A stretch of 64,000 nt of DNA from a virus (IMGVR_UViG_3300036820_000012:1-64000), one strand, 5' to 3'. Counted from the first letter of the stretch, positions 34,620 through 46,500 are shown. Notes: generated by a model not told the origin, from the letters alone. Made by a program: numbers and translations.

Positions 34620-37600
34620 CTAGGTATTGATCCCGGTGGCCCGGCACTTCTCCACCCAGTACGTGCCGTTGTAGATGAACGTGACCGAGTCGGTGTAGTT
34701 CGCCGTCGCGGTCGCTGACGGAGCCGAAGCGCCGGCGAACTTGCACGCCGTCGGCCACGCGTAGGTGCGTGACCCGGTGGCGTCCTGAATCCACTGGATG
34801 GTCAGTTCCTGCCCGGTCACGGGGTTGGTGATGGACGAACTGGTTGCGTTCGCCTCCAGGGTGACGGCCTGGACGTTGCCGTTGTTCGCGTTGATCGTGA
34901 CCGCGCCGTTTGAGGCCAGCGTCTGGGTGGCGATGAGGTCAGCGACGCCGCCGCCGAACACGGTCTGCGCGGCGTTGCAGGTGATCGGGTTCAAACTCTC
35001 GCTGCCGTTGTAGAGCCTGAACGGGATGCCGCCGCCCGAGCTGTATGCAAGCCCGAGACCCCATGACACGTCACTGCTGAGCCACACCGCTATGCGCCTG
35101 TTGTCGGTGCCGTCGTTCTGGTAGGCGGTGAACCCGACCGTGCCCGCCGCGCTTTCCGTCGTGACGCTGAACTGGCCCTGCTGCAGTGGCAGCGCGGTGT
35201 TCCTCGGGGGCGCGCCGTTGACGTACATGTATGACGGGACGATCACGCCATAGCCGGGGTCAATAACCTGGCAAGTCGTCCCGGACGTGTCGGTGTAGTT
35301 TGCGACGCTGCTGTCGACGTAGAGCGGGCCGATGATGTAGTTGTAGTTGCTGTCAGCGTCAGTGGTCCAGCCGGTCGCGTTCGCCTCGAACCGGCAGCCG
35401 TCGATCACGTTGCCGGTGCTGTTGCCGCCAGAGCCTCCGGTCGAGGTCATCGCCACGCCGGTCGTGTTGGACTCGAACTGGCAGCCGAGGAACTGGTTCT
35501 GGTTGGAGTCGGCTATCGCCACGCCCGTCGTGCCGCCGCTGCCCCGGCAGCCCATGAGGGTGTTGGAGTTGGAGCCTTCCCCGCCGATCTGCCAGCCGGT
35601 GCCGTTGCCGATGGAGTCGACGTTCTGGAACCGGTTGTAGACGCAGCCGCCATCGGTCGTGGAGGTGAGGCTGACACCGGTCCCGAAATCGGTGACCAGG
35701 ACGTCCTTGACGGTGGCCGCGCTGCGGCTGTTGAGGTCCAGGCCGATCGTCGCGTTGCCGGAGTCGGCGCCGTAGAGCTCAAAGCCTTCCAGGTGCCCGA
35801 ACGTGATCAGCGTGCCGGGGCTCGGGTTGGCGAACGCGGAGCCGGAGGTGATCGTGGAGTGGAACTTGGTGACGTCCTCACCCTGGCCGGTGATGGAGAT
35901 GCCCTGCGCCCAGTTGATGGTTGTGAACGCGAACGTCCCGGCCCCGGCGGTGATCATCCCGGGGCTGCCGCCGAGGGCGGAGATGGCCCCGGCGAGGGTG
36001 GCTTTCGCCGACCCCCAGGACAGCCCGTCGCCGGTGTCGCTGGCATAGGCGTCCGACGACAGGTAGATCACCGCGTCAGCGGAGGTGCCCTTGGCCGCGT
36101 ACGGGACCGTGACCACGCCGTAGGCGTCGTCGATCTCCGTTGCGGCGGCGGATGAGCCGCGGTAGTAGGTGACGCGGTTGGTTGAGGCGTCGTTGAAGAT
36201 CCCGTAGACGTTGACGTGGGCCGGGGCCTGCCCGGCGAACCCGGCGGAGATCGTCCCCGAGCCCGAGGAGAGGGTGACGCCGGTCAGCGTCGTCGAGGTC
36301 GTGCCGGTGTAGGCGAGCACCGCGGTGCCTGCGGAGGTGGGGACCGTGACCGTGCCGGAGCCAGCGAAAACTGATGTGGGAGAGGTGTTGCGGAGGGTTC
36401 CCTGGAGGGTCAGCGTCGTGACCGAGGACACGTTCAGGCCCACGGAGGCGGAGGCCAGGACGGCCTGGGCCTGCACGGTTCCCGTCGTGCAGGTCAGCAC
36501 CGGCCCGATCGTCCCGGTGCTGTACCCGGACGGCAGCCAGACCGCGCCGGCGTGGCCGAGGGTGTCCCACGCGTCGGTGACGGTGTTCGCCCCGATGGTG
36601 AAGCCGTCGTTGTCGTGGTAGAGGCAGATCCCCGCCGGGCCGCAGCCGTGGACCGTGTTCCCGGTGATCACCAGGCTCTGGGTGGCGAACGCGGTGATGC
36701 CGCCCTCGGTGACCGTCGACTCGTAGGGCTGCCCGTAGCCGGTGACCTCGTTCCCGGTCACCGAGCACCCGGTGGCCGGGTCAGTGGGTGACCCGGTGGT
36801 GACGATGGCGCCGGAGACGACGATCCCGTATGTCCCCTGCCCGGCGCCGAGCGCCCCGATGTCGGCGACGTTCCCGGTGATCTTGACCCGGTGGGGGCCG
36901 GTGACGGGCGTGCTGGCGGTGTCGTGCTGGGCGCCGACCTGAATGGCGAGGTTGCAGCCCTGGACGATGTTGTTCGCGATCGTGACGTTGGTCCCGGCGT
37001 GCATGTCGATGCCGGTCCAGATTGCAACATTGGTGACCGTGTTGCCGGTGATGGCGATGTTCTCGCACACCGGGTCGATGGAGCCGACGCCGAGGATCGC
37101 TTCCGACAGGCTGATCCCGTAGCAGTCCGTGGAGTTCGAGGACGACCCGGTGATGTTGTTCACCCGGTTATCCGCTATCTGCCCGGTGGCCACGCTGAGG
37201 TAGACGCAGCCCGCGTACTGGATGTCGTAGATGTCGTTATCGGCGACCACAACATCGTTCGCGTACTGCGCGTACACGCCGTAGGCGCCCCAGCTTGAGA
37301 TCGCGGCGTGGCGGATGCGGATGAAGCTGATGTAGGACGAGGACGATGCGCCGGTTACCTTGATCGCTGACTCTGATGCGTGGTAGGCGGCGTACTGCGG
37401 GCCGGTGAGCGCGGGGCCGTCCCAGGTGAACCCGCCTGCGGTGACCAGCACGCCCGCCGTGTTGGAGGTGACCTGGATGATCGTGGCGCTGCCGTAGAAG
37501 GCCAGGGATTTGCTGACCGTCAGCGCGGTGTCGATGTAGTACGGGGCGCTGGCGTTCAGCGTGATGGCGCTCCCCGCCGGGGCCGCGCTGATGAGGGCCG

Positions 37601-38279
37601 ACAGCGCGGCGTAATCGGTTGCCCCGGAGGTGTCGTTACTGGGCGCGGGGACCGCCACGCCCGTGCCGCCGCTGCCCGTCGCCAGTGTGGAACTCAGCCC
37701 CGCTGCGGTCCCGGAAGTGCTCGCGGCATTGGCCGGGATGTCGGCGGAGACGAGCCCGCGGAACGACGGTGCGCCAGTGCCGCCGCTCCCTGGCCCGGCG
37801 AAGATCTCGTTCTGCGGCGCGCCGGTTTCCGTTCCGGTGCCGCCCTGGTTTACGGGCAGCGCGGCTGTCAGGTGGGTGCTGACCACGGCGGGAACGGCGG
37901 TGGTGCCGCCGAGATCCCCGGCGAGCTGCACGGTGCCCGAGGTGCCGCTTTCGAGGGCCGCGATGGCTGCGGTGTTCGCCTGGATCAGCGCCGGCTCATA
38001 GCCGGTTGTGCCGTGCTCGACCTGCGCGCCCGCGTTGTGCGCCTGCTGCGTGGTTCCGTCTATCCCGCGGGTGCAGGGGAGGGTGTACGGGCCGGTCCCG
38101 GTCGGGGCTGAGGTGACCAGGATCGCTTCCTGCGCCGACGTGCCCCAGTCGATCAGGACAGGAAAGGGATATTCCGTCGGCCACGTTCCGGGCAGGTTCA
38201 GCACCGAGGGATTCCCGCTGGCCCCGAGGGCCGAAGACAGGACTGTCGGGAGCGCTGTGCTGACGTAATACCGGGTCAC
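34620..38279 (-). CDS. tail spike with two right-handed beta-helix domains
   Basis: ITGN/IANN repeats; cap motifs D..AL..LI and DG.SW..A..T...AI. Confidence 0.88.
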   Translation of the reverse strand: MTRYYVSTALPTVLSSALGASGNPSVLNLPGTWPTEYPFPVLIDWGTSAQEAILVTSAPTGTGPYTLPCTRGIDGTTQQAHNAGAQVEHGTTGYEPALIQANTAAIAALESGTSGTVQLAGDLGGTTAVPAVVSTHLTAALPVNQGGTGTETGAPQNEIFAGPGSGGTGAPSFRGLVSADIPANAASTSGTAAGLSSTLATGSGGTGVAVPAPSNDTSGATDYAALSALISAAPAGSAITLNASAPYYIDTALTVSKSLAFYGSATIIQVTSNTAGVLVTAGGFTWDGPALTGPQYAAYHASESAIKVTGASSSSYISFIRIRHAAISSWGAYGVYAQYANDVVVADNDIYDIQYAGCVYLSVATGQIADNRVNNITGSSSNSTDCYGISLSEAILGVGSIDPVCENIAITGNTVTNVAIWTGIDMHAGTNVTIANNIVQGCNLAIQVGAQHDTASTPVTGPHRVKITGNVADIGALGAGQGTYGIVVSGAIVTTGSPTDPATGCSVTGNEVTGYGQPYESTVTEGGITAFATQSLVITGNTVHGCGPAGICLYHDNDGFTIGANTVTDAWDTLGHAGAVWLPSGYSTGTIGPVLTCTTGTVQAQAVLASASVGLNVSSVTTLTLQGTLRNTSPTSVFAGSGTVTVPTSAGTAVLAYTGTTSTTLTGVTLSSGSGTISAGFAGQAPAHVNVYGIFNDASTNRVTYYRGSSAAATEIDDAYGVVTVPYAAKGTSADAVIYLSSDAYASDTGDGLSWGSAKATLAGAISALGGSPGMITAGAGTFAFTTINWAQGISITGQGEDVTKFHSTITSGSAFANPSPGTLITFGHLEGFELYGADSGNATIGLDLNSRSAATVKDVLVTDFGTGVSLTSTTDGGCVYNRFQNVDSIGNGTGWQIGGEGSNSNTLMGCRGSGGTTGVAIADSNQNQFLGCQFESNTTGVAMTSTGGSGGNSTGNVIDGCRFEANATGWTTDADSNYNYIIGPLYVDSSVANYTDTSGTTCQVIDPGYGVIVPSYMYVNGAPPRNTALPLQQGQFSVTTESAAGTVGFTAYQNDGTDNRRIAVWLSSDVSWGLGLAYSSGGGIPFRLYNGSESLNPITCNAAQTVFGGGVADLIATQTLASNGAVTINANNGNVQAVTLEANATSSSITNPVTGQELTIQWIQDATGSRTYAWPTACKFAGASAPSATATANYTDSVTFIYNGTYWVEKCRATGINT

Positions 38280-38332
38280 AGCGCCCCCTCAGGAACAGGT
38301 AAAGCGTGCTTGACCCAAATTCGGGCGAACCG

Positions 38333-39700
38333 TTACTGGAAGTACGTCACGACCAGGACGTAGCCCTGGGCGCCGGTCCCGCCCGCTCCGGAGCTGAACG
38401 CGGATTCCGCGGCACCCCCTCCGCCACCCCCGCCGCCATAGCCTGCGGCGTTTGCGCCCTGCTGGGCGTTCGTGGTGATGGACGACGCGCCGCCGCCAGC
38501 GCCAGTGCCGCAGTTGCCGCGGACGGCGACGGAGTTCCCGCCGCCCGGCGCGGTGCTGTCCACGACGCCGCCAGTCGCGGTGTTGCCGGTGGATGGCCCC
38601 AGCACGGATGTGCCGGCGGCGCTGCCGTTGCAGGCAGCCGGCGTGGTGATGGTCAGGCCGCCTCCCGCGCCGCCTCCCGCCGCGGCCACTGCCGTTGATG
38701 AGGTCGCCCCGATGGTGCCCGCTGCAATGCTGGGCGAGCCGGCGCCGCCGGCCGCGATCCCGGTCCCGCCGTTGCCGCCCGCTGCGGCAGTCCCGGCCCC
38801 CCCGCCGTTACCGCCAAACCCGCGGATCGCCTGGAGGTAGCCGCCGAACAGGGAGTTGCCTCCCGCAGTCCCGGTGTTTCCGGGATTCGTCCCGGTGACG
38901 GACGCGCCAGTACCCGAGCCGGCCGCACCAACGGTGACAGTGACGGTGCCGGTGAGGTCAGCCGCCGCGAACAGGCCCCATGCCGCACCGCCTCCCCCTC
39001 CGCCGCTCCCGCCGGTCCTGGCCGCCGCAGAGGTCCCCGCTGCCCCGGAGCCGCCCTGGCCCCCGCCGGCGACGGCGAACGCGTAGACCAGCGCCGCGCC
39101 CGCCGGCATAGTCCACGTGAACGTGCCCGGCGTGCCGTTGAACCACTGGACGTTCGGCGCCTTGACCCCGAGGTTCGTCAGCGCGGTGCTGGCACTAGTG
39201 AGATCCGACAGGTTGTTCGCGGTCTGCGCGACGGCTGCGGACGCCAGGGTTGCGGCAGTGCCGAGGCCGAGGGCCGTCCGGGTGGCGCTGCTGTTCAGCG
39301 CGTTGCCGGCGATCTGCGCCACGGCGGGGTTCGGGTAGGTGCCCGACAGGTCCCCGCCAGCGGCCCCGGTGGGCGGGCCCCCGCCGCCAGTCTGTCCCTC
39401 TAAGCTGTATGCCAGTTCAGCCGTTATCGTCCCAGTGCCGCTGTAGCCGGACAGAACAGCCTGGAAATACTGATACAAAATGCCGGTTCCCATGCTCGTC
39501 CCGGCCGTCGTGCTCGTGATCGCCGAGCCGATAGCGCCGAAGTTGAAACCGTCGATAGAGCCTTGCAGGACGACCGAAAATGCGGACACGGTGCCCGTCG
39601 TGGAGACCGAAAGCGTTAGGTTCCCGTAGGGCGTCCCGAGCCCGGCAACAGGCCCGGTTGTGTTCGCCGAGACAGCGTTCAGCAGGGTGACAACAGCCAT
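38333..39700 (-). CDS. glycine-rich tail fibre protein
   Basis: GGDLSGTYPNP, NNLSDL.....A..NLG, Gly-rich domain. Confidence 0.85.
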   Translation of the reverse strand: MAVVTLLNAVSANTTGPVAGLGTPYGNLTLSVSTTGTVSAFSVVLQGSIDGFNFGAIGSAITSTTAGTSMGTGILYQYFQAVLSGYSGTGTITAELAYSLEGQTGGGGPPTGAAGGDLSGTYPNPAVAQIAGNALNSSATRTALGLGTAATLASAAVAQTANNLSDLTSASTALTNLGVKAPNVQWFNGTPGTFTWTMPAGAALVYAFAVAGGGQGGSGAAGTSAAARTGGSGGGGGGAAWGLFAAADLTGTVTVTVGAAGSGTGASVTGTNPGNTGTAGGNSLFGGYLQAIRGFGGNGGGAGTAAAGGNGGTGIAAGGAGSPSIAAGTIGATSSTAVAAAGGGAGGGLTITTPAACNGSAAGTSVLGPSTGNTATGGVVDSTAPGGGNSVAVRGNCGTGAGGGASSITTNAQQGANAAGYGGGGGGGGAAESAFSSGAGGTGAQGYVLVVTYFQ

Positions 39701-39712
39701 CGGGCAGTCCTC

Positions 39713-39844
39713 TCAGGAGCCGGTCGGGACCGTAAGCAGGGTGGTTGCGTCGTGGGTGATCACGTTCACGCCCCCAGGAGCAGCCACAGCCACGTAGGAG
39801 ACGACGGTGACCTGGAGGTAGGTCGGCGCGGCGGGCAGGCTCAC
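39713..39844 (-). CDS. 43-aa tail-region peptide
   Basis: GTGA overlap with upstream gene. Confidence 0.4.
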   Translation of the reverse strand: MSLPAAPTYLQVTVVSYVAVAAPGGVNVITHDATTLLTVPTGS

Positions 39845-40191
39845 GGCTGCGTCACCGCGGGCGTGACAGTGAACAGCCCGGCCAGCAGCGTGACCACGTC
39901 CCCGCCGCCGTCCGTCATCTGCAGGTCGTAGACGCCGGCGCCGAACGCCCAGCCCGTGGTGACCGAGGGAGCGGCCAGCAGCGTGATGGTCCCCGCTGAC
40001 CCGCCGAGGGTGATCGAGGCGTCCGTGGTCGTGAAGCTGGCGAGCAGTGCGCCTGCCTCGGAGCGGACCTGCATGGCGGCTGAGGCCCAGGCGCTCAGGT
40101 TGACCGGGGTCGCCTGATCCGATTCGAGCCAGTAGAACTCGAGGTAGAACGTGGCCCCCTGGTCAGCCGTGATGTCGAACTGCGCGCTCAC
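39841..40191 (-). CDS. tail fibre adaptor (LtfC/BppU-like)
   Basis: DI..DQGATF...PVNL....A.MQVR...G.YDL.......L..G. Confidence 0.75.
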   Translation of the reverse strand: MSAQFDITADQGATFYLEFYWLESDQATPVNLSAWASAAMQVRSEAGALLASFTTTDASITLGGSAGTITLLAAPSVTTGWAFGAGVYDLQMTDGGGDVVTLLAGLFTVTPAVTQP

Positions 40192-40201
40192 GGCACCTCC
40201 G

Positions 40202-41041
40202 TCACAGCATCCCGCTCATCAGCACGCCGCCCGGCCCGTAGCCGTAGCCAGGAGGTGGTGGAGGCGGCGGAGGACCGCCCCCGCCAGAGGTGGACCAGGT
40301 GATGATCACCTGGCCGGGTGCGCCAAGACCGCCGGTCCAGTACTGGCTGCTGCCGAAGAACGAGCCGCTGGGAGGCGAACTCGCGCCACCACCACCACCG
40401 CCCGGGCTGCTGCCAGCGACTCCGTTGCCGCCTCCAACAGCGCCGCTGGCCCCCCCGGCGCCACCGCCAGCGACCGCAGCGCCGCCCGCAGCCGGGTACG
40501 CCTGGATGTCCGGCGGCGTCTGGCCCGCGTTCCCGGGCACTGACGGGCCCGCTGAGGACCCGCCGCCTCCGCCGAGCCCGGAGATGTAGCTCCCTGCCCC
40601 GCCTGCGCCCCCGGCGTTCTCCGGGTTCGCTGAGCCGCCGCCCCCGGTGCCGCCGATGGCCGGGTAGGACTGCGTCTGCGACTGCCCGCCGCCGCCGCCG
40701 TGGGCTACGATGGAACTGCCGCCCACGGTCGTGGCAGCCCCGGCCGAGCCGTTGCCGCCGAAGTTCGGCGGCAGGCCGCCAGCCGCGCCCCCGCCGCCGA
40801 TCACGATGGTGACGGTGCCGGACACCGACAGGGCCGCCACGGACGCGTACTCCCCGCCGCCGCCGCCGCAGCCCGCGTAGGCCGTGGTGTCGCCGGACGC
40901 GTCGTTCTGCACGATGCCGGCCTGGCCACCGCCGCCGCCCGCACCCCAGCACTGAACCGTAGCCACGGTTACGCCTGCGGGGACGCTCCAGGAGTACGTT
41001 CCGGCACCGGAGCCAGCCGGCGGCCAGGTCTGGGACGGCAA
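40202..41041 (-). CDS. glycine-rich minor tail protein
   Basis: W.VPAGVT...VQCWGAGGGGG domain. Confidence 0.8.
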   Translation of the reverse strand: MPSQTWPPAGSGAGTYSWSVPAGVTVATVQCWGAGGGGGQAGIVQNDASGDTTAYAGCGGGGGEYASVAALSVSGTVTIVIGGGGAAGGLPPNFGGNGSAGAATTVGGSSIVAHGGGGGQSQTQSYPAIGGTGGGGSANPENAGGAGGAGSYISGLGGGGGSSAGPSVPGNAGQTPPDIQAYPAAGGAAVAGGGAGGASGAVGGGNGVAGSSPGGGGGGASSPPSGSFFGSSQYWTGGLGAPGQVIITWSTSGGGGPPPPPPPPGYGYGPGGVLMSGML

Positions 41042-41042
41042 G

Positions 41043-43280
41043 CTAGACCGCTGCGACCGTGATGGTGACCGGGGCGCCCAGCGTGCCCGTCGGCGTGGTG
41101 CCGGACTGGCCGATGGCCTGGATGGTCAGCGTGCCCGTGGCGATAGCGCCGAGCAGGTCGAACTGGTAGCTGCTGCCGCTCGTCAGGCCGCTTACAACGA
41201 AGACGAGATTGTGGAACAGCTTGATGTTCGCGCTGCTGACCTCGCAGGTGATGACGTTGCCGACCGGCGTGGTAGTCCCGTGGTCTGCGAGCGCGAAACC
41301 GTAAACCTGGTTGGCGCTCGCCATCGTTGCCGAGCAGGTCACGGTGACCACGACCGTGCCGCTGGCTGGCGCAAGGAACGAATTAGTGGTCAGCACCGAG
41401 GACGAGAAGGCGCTGAGCGTCGAGCCGGACGCCGTATAGGTGGTCAGGCTGCCCGGGTTTACGACAGTGGGGACGCAGAGGTACTGGCCAGAGACGGTGC
41501 CGGCGGCCACGGACGGGTTGGCGTAGGTGCCGTTGCCGCAGAGGAAGTCGCTGGAATTGCCGTTCGGCTGCGGGGTTTGCGGGATCGCCGCAGAGGCGGA
41601 GTCGATGATGGCGGAGATGAACGAGCCGCCGCCGCCGAACACAACGTTGCCGTCCAGCCGGATAGCACCCGACGGGATACCGCTGTGCCCGCTGAGCTGC
41701 AGGAGCGCCGTGACCGAGGAGCCGTTCAGATTACATTCGTTGCCCTGGAACGACATCTCGGCGGGCGACCCGACGCTGACTGCGACCAGGCTGACCGCTG
41801 TTGACGTGGATGCGGCCAGCAGGTGGTTGGAGTTAAAAACGCCCTTATCGTTGGCAAGCTGGACGCAGACGTCAGAACCGTCCTGGTCGAAATAATTGCC
41901 GACAATTGAATAGTCCCCGGCTTGCGAACCGAGGGACAGGTGGTAGCCGCCCGAGGATGCGCCCGTGTAGGTGGCGTGCACGCCGTTCATCTGCAGGCCG
42001 CCGCCACCCGCCGTGGCACCGAGCGTCACGTTTTGCAGGCAGGCGTGCAGCAAGCCGCCCCGGAGCCGCAAGTCAGTTATTCCTGCGCCGTCGCCGTATA
42101 TGCCGCGCCACGAGGCCGAGAAGATAGACCCGTCGCTCTCGAATCCGACGCCGTTGCCAGCCGTCCCCGACGCCAGTTGCACGCAGGTCCCGGTACTGCC
42201 CGGCCGGTCGAAGTTGCCCAGGAAGCACCGGTCCATGTACACATCGGCCGTGTCGGTGATCAGGATGCCGATGCAGTTCGCGGCATAAGTCGACGACGTG
42301 CCGGCTACCACGCCGGACATGCACAGGCCCCGGAGCTTGACCCCGCACGGGTTGGTGGTGGGCGCCCCGGATGTGCCGATAGCCATCAGCGGGGTCGGCG
42401 AGCCCGTGGGGAAGCTGCTGGACGGCTGGATGCAGCCGCCGACGAACGTGTCCGGGAAGACCCCGCCGCCCCGGTTGCCCTGGCCGGTGCAGAGGATGTC
42501 CACGCCGGGCAGCAGCGTGAACGTGGAGTCAACCGCGCAGGGCTGCTCGATCACCAGCGGGCCCGGGTTCGTGCCTGCGTTGATCGCGGCGATTGCAGCC
42601 GTGAGCGCTACCTGGTCACCGGAGGTGCCGGTGATAGTTCCGAAATCCTCTGGATGCGTACCCGTGGTCGATGCCCACCTGGCCGCCGTGGGGGACGTCG
42701 CAACCGGCGCAAGCCCCGCTGCGGGTGTGCCCGTGAGGGTCACGCCAATGCCTGCCGCATTGCCGCCCGTGGTCGAGCCCAGGAACTTCCACAGCGAGGT
42801 ACCCGCGTTGTAGCTGAACCCAACGACGTCGGTCGCCCCAGCCGCGGTGGACAGCACGGGAGCGGAGCCGCCGGTCCCGAAGTCGAACGCGGCGTTCCAG
42901 GTCACGAGCCGGGAGCCGGTGCCGTCCTGGGTGAGCCAGATCTGGATGGTCTGCCCGTCAGTGGGGGAGACCGGCGCGGCGAAGGTGGGGCTGCCGGTCA
43001 GGGTGACCCGGAAGTCATTGCCCTGCGTCGCCGTGATCGTGATCGTGGAGGCGTAGGAGAGCGAGGCGACCGAGGGCGCGACGTAGCCGGTGTACTCGGC
43101 GCCGGACAGCAGGGCGTACCCGGAGCCGCCGCCTCCGCCACCAGAGCCGCCGAGCTGGGAGACCGTGATTATCTTGGTCGTTCCCGCTGGCGACTGGGTT
43201 GGGTCAGAGACGTCAACGATGGGGATGACGTCAGCGCCCTCAACCGTGACGATGGCCGGGTAACTCGTGATGTCGGGCAC
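41043..43280 (-). CDS. tail spike with beta-helix domain
   Basis: PEDFG...DQ.AL.AAI cap then beta-helix; N-terminal QDGTGSR domain. Confidence 0.85.
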   Translation of the reverse strand: MPDITSYPAIVTVEGADVIPIVDVSDPTQSPAGTTKIITVSQLGGSGGGGGGSGYALLSGAEYTGYVAPSVASLSYASTITITATQGNDFRVTLTGSPTFAAPVSPTDGQTIQIWLTQDGTGSRLVTWNAAFDFGTGGSAPVLSTAAGATDVVGFSYNAGTSLWKFLGSTTGGNAAGIGVTLTGTPAAGLAPVATSPTAARWASTTGTHPEDFGTITGTSGDQVALTAAIAAINAGTNPGPLVIEQPCAVDSTFTLLPGVDILCTGQGNRGGGVFPDTFVGGCIQPSSSFPTGSPTPLMAIGTSGAPTTNPCGVKLRGLCMSGVVAGTSSTYAANCIGILITDTADVYMDRCFLGNFDRPGSTGTCVQLASGTAGNGVGFESDGSIFSASWRGIYGDGAGITDLRLRGGLLHACLQNVTLGATAGGGGLQMNGVHATYTGASSGGYHLSLGSQAGDYSIVGNYFDQDGSDVCVQLANDKGVFNSNHLLAASTSTAVSLVAVSVGSPAEMSFQGNECNLNGSSVTALLQLSGHSGIPSGAIRLDGNVVFGGGGSFISAIIDSASAAIPQTPQPNGNSSDFLCGNGTYANPSVAAGTVSGQYLCVPTVVNPGSLTTYTASGSTLSAFSSSVLTTNSFLAPASGTVVVTVTCSATMASANQVYGFALADHGTTTPVGNVITCEVSSANIKLFHNLVFVVSGLTSGSSYQFDLLGAIATGTLTIQAIGQSGTTPTGTLGAPVTITVAAV

Positions 43281-43333
43281 GAACCCCCCTGCTCTGCTGG
43301 GCGTGAGTGCGTGCCGGACGGAAGGATGACGGC

Positions 43334-43531
43334 ATGAGCGTCTTCGAACTGTTCAGGCAGACGTGCGATGGCTGCGGCGCGGCGATCGACGACATGGCCA
43401 AGCACGTCGTGTGGCACGAGGGACTCAGCGAGATCACGCGGCTGGTTGTCGCACCTGACGTGTCAAAAGAGGACTGGGCCGAGGCCGCAGAGCAAGCCGC
43501 AGCGAGACGGCGCGAGGACGAACGGAGCTAG
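43334..43531 (+). CDS. small CxxC/His protein antisense in tail operon
   Basis: CDGCG......H..WH. Confidence 0.6.
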   Translation: MSVFELFRQTCDGCGAAIDDMAKHVVWHEGLSEITRLVVAPDVSKEDWAEAAEQAAARRREDERS

Positions 43532-43540
43532 GCGGCGCGG

Positions 43541-46500
43541 TTAGAACATCGGCTCCCCAGCCTGATCAAGGATCGGTGCGCCGGATTCGTCGTCCAGTTC
43601 CTGGGCCTGCCCGGTGCCCCACCACCACGGCGGGCACCAGTCAGCGAGGACCGCGGCGGAGGCCGTGCCAGCAGCAAAGTTGAGCTTCCGCTTGACCTGT
43701 GTCACACGCCAGATTCCGGTGAACGCGGACTGGCCGGGCATCCACTGGGTGACCTGGATCACGTCGCCAGGGTTGACGCTCAGCACGTACTCCCACGCCC
43801 CGGCAACGCCCGCCATCGCTGCCGCGTCCACGGTCAGCGACGTGACCCGCTGGCGGGGGGTGCCGTAGGTCGCGAACACCCACGAGGCCTGGTCCTGGAT
43901 CTGCGTGGTGTCCTGCAAGTACGAGGTGAACTGAAGCTGGCAGTCACCGAATTGACCGAGGCTTGCCTGCACCGCTGCCGCGTACTCGGCGCCCGGCCCG
44001 AACACGAGGCCGCCGTGGCTCTCACCGGAGCCCGTTGCGGACCCGGCTTCGCCTGCGGGAACGGACGTGACGTCGTACTGCGTGATGGCGATGTCGTTGT
44101 ACACGCGCTGCGGGTCGGTGTCGAACGTGACGTCCGGCAAGTACGGAACCTGGCCGTAGGCGACCAGCGGGCCGAGATGCCACGCCGGGGACTGGGCGGC
44201 GAGATGCGGGCGGGAGAAGTAGCACAGGTTGCCGCAGGTGTCGACATACATCAGCCCGTCGTCGGACTGGACGATGTTGGAGATGTTGTCGCCGCAGCTT
44301 TGCCCCGCCGTGTCGAGTTCGGCGACGCAGGCGAGGTCAGCGGGGTCGATGCACCGCTGCGGGCTGGTCACGCCACCGGACCACAGCAGCCGCTCGATGC
44401 GGTTCTGCACCGAGTCCCCGAGCGCTGAGGCTTCCGCGGGCGGCACGGGAGCGTCGGGCGGGGCGTAGGACGTGCAGTAGATGTAGGGCAGGATGCCCGA
44501 GCCGAGAAGCTGCTCGCCGCCCCCGGTGTTGCCCACCCAGAAGCTGTAGGCCGGCGCGAGGCCGGTGGCCGACAGCCACGCCTCACCCGTCTGCGCGCCC
44601 TCGGAGATCGTGAACAGGTTCACGCTTTCGGGCTGGGAGACGGCCGAGGTCAGCTCACCCGCCGTGGCGGTGACGTAGCAGGCGAGGACTGAGCGGTCCA
44701 CCCCGTGGGAGTAGAAGCTGGACCCGGCGCCGATCAGGTTGAAGAACGGGATGTTGAGGTACGCGTTGCCGTCCGGGTAGTACGTCGGGCCGCCCGCCGC
44801 GTTGCCGAAGAACTGGCAGCTGACCGTAGGTGCCGGAAGCTGCCCGAACGCCGAGTACGCCGCGAGGAAGTGCGCCATCACCCTGGCAGCGGGAAGGACG
44901 CCCGGGTAGATCGCCAGGTGCGACCACGCGGCGCACGGGATGCCGGTGATCGTGGAGGCCGTGGGAGGTGCCCCGGTGTTCCCCGTCGCTGCGGTTGTGG
45001 CCCCGCCGAAGAAGACCCAGTCCCAGTTCGCCGGCATCGACGCCGTCCCGGAGACCGTGGCGATGACGCCGCCGTTCACGTAGACGGTCCACGAGTCCTG
45101 CGTCATGGTGACGGTGACGCCCATCCAGGCGCCGTCCCAGAGGTAGTTCTCCGGGTAGATGCTGTAGATCACCGTGGAACTTGCCACGCCGCCGGACCAG
45201 GTGGTGAACGTCAGCTGGGAGTGGTTGTCGAGCCACAGCATGGCCAGCGGGCCGTCTTCGTTCGCGGCTTCCCAGATGGTCAGCGGCGCGACGGCGACCC
45301 CGGTGAAGGTGAGTTCCCGGCCGGTCATCGGCTGCCCGGTGTAGCCCTGCGGCAGCGGCACTTCGGGAATCGCCGGGGGAATGCTGTACCCCGCGTTGGC
45401 GAGGGCGGGCTGCCACCAGATCTCGATGGTTGCCCCGTCAGCGAGGGACGGGAACGTGTCGTTAGCGGACAGGTACCGGCCGCAGGTGGAGACCCCGCTG
45501 CCGGTCTGCTGCCACGCCGCGCTCAAGCTGTCCCCGTACATCCAGCCGGACTGCTGCGCGAACTGCTGGATCGCGACGTACGCGAAGACCCCGCCGGCGC
45601 CGTTGTACGGCCCGTAGGACCCGATGCCGTTCGGGCTGACGACGATGTCCAGCGCCGTGTCCGACGCGGGCGCGGCGTTCACCAGGGACGTGGCCTGGTT
45701 GACCCCGCTGTCGTCGCACGGCCACCACCAGCCGGGCGAGTCAGCGAGGACTTCAGCCCGGTAGCACGCCGGGACGTAGCGGTTGGCCGTGCTCCAGAGG
45801 TCAGTTCCGGTGGCGTTGCTGACGCCGCGGAACGTCTTCTCCCACGACTGCGGCCAGCGCTCCATGTTCCGCTGGATGATGTGCCACCTGTTGCCATTCG
45901 GCGGCACGCAGCGCAGCCGGATCGGCGTTCCGGGAGTGATCCACGGGTAGTACGGGCTGCCGGGGTTCGACGGGCTCAGGTAGCCGTCCGGATTGTCGAG
46001 GGCGATCTCGGTCTCGGATGCCTCGAGCTGGTCGAGCTCGTACTGGATGCCGGTGGTCTCACTCCACGAGCGCATCCGGTGGCCGCCCTGCGGCGACTGA
46101 ATGTTCGTCCACACCATCTGATCCGGCGGCGTCTGCATCCCGCTGCCGAACGCCGCCTCGGCGATCACGTACGGCCAGACGGTGTTCCTGACGACCGGGA
46201 CGGGCGAGGGTGCGTCAATCACCGCAGCGAGGATCATGCCGGACAGGTTCTCCGCACCGACCGCCGTGGCGGTGATGTTCTGGCCTGCCGTGGAGATGGT
46301 GCACGCGGCGGTGAGGACGGCGTCCGAGGAGGCGTCGGTCCCGTTGGCGCAGGTCACGGTGGCCAGCGACGTCCAGCCGTACGGCTCCAAGGCGGTCTGC
46401 GCCGCGACGGAGTCCCCGCAGGCTGCGGCGAGGAAGAACGTCACCTGGGGCGTTGCGGAGGCCCCGGTGTCGCTGATGGGGTGAAGGACCGGGCTCAGCA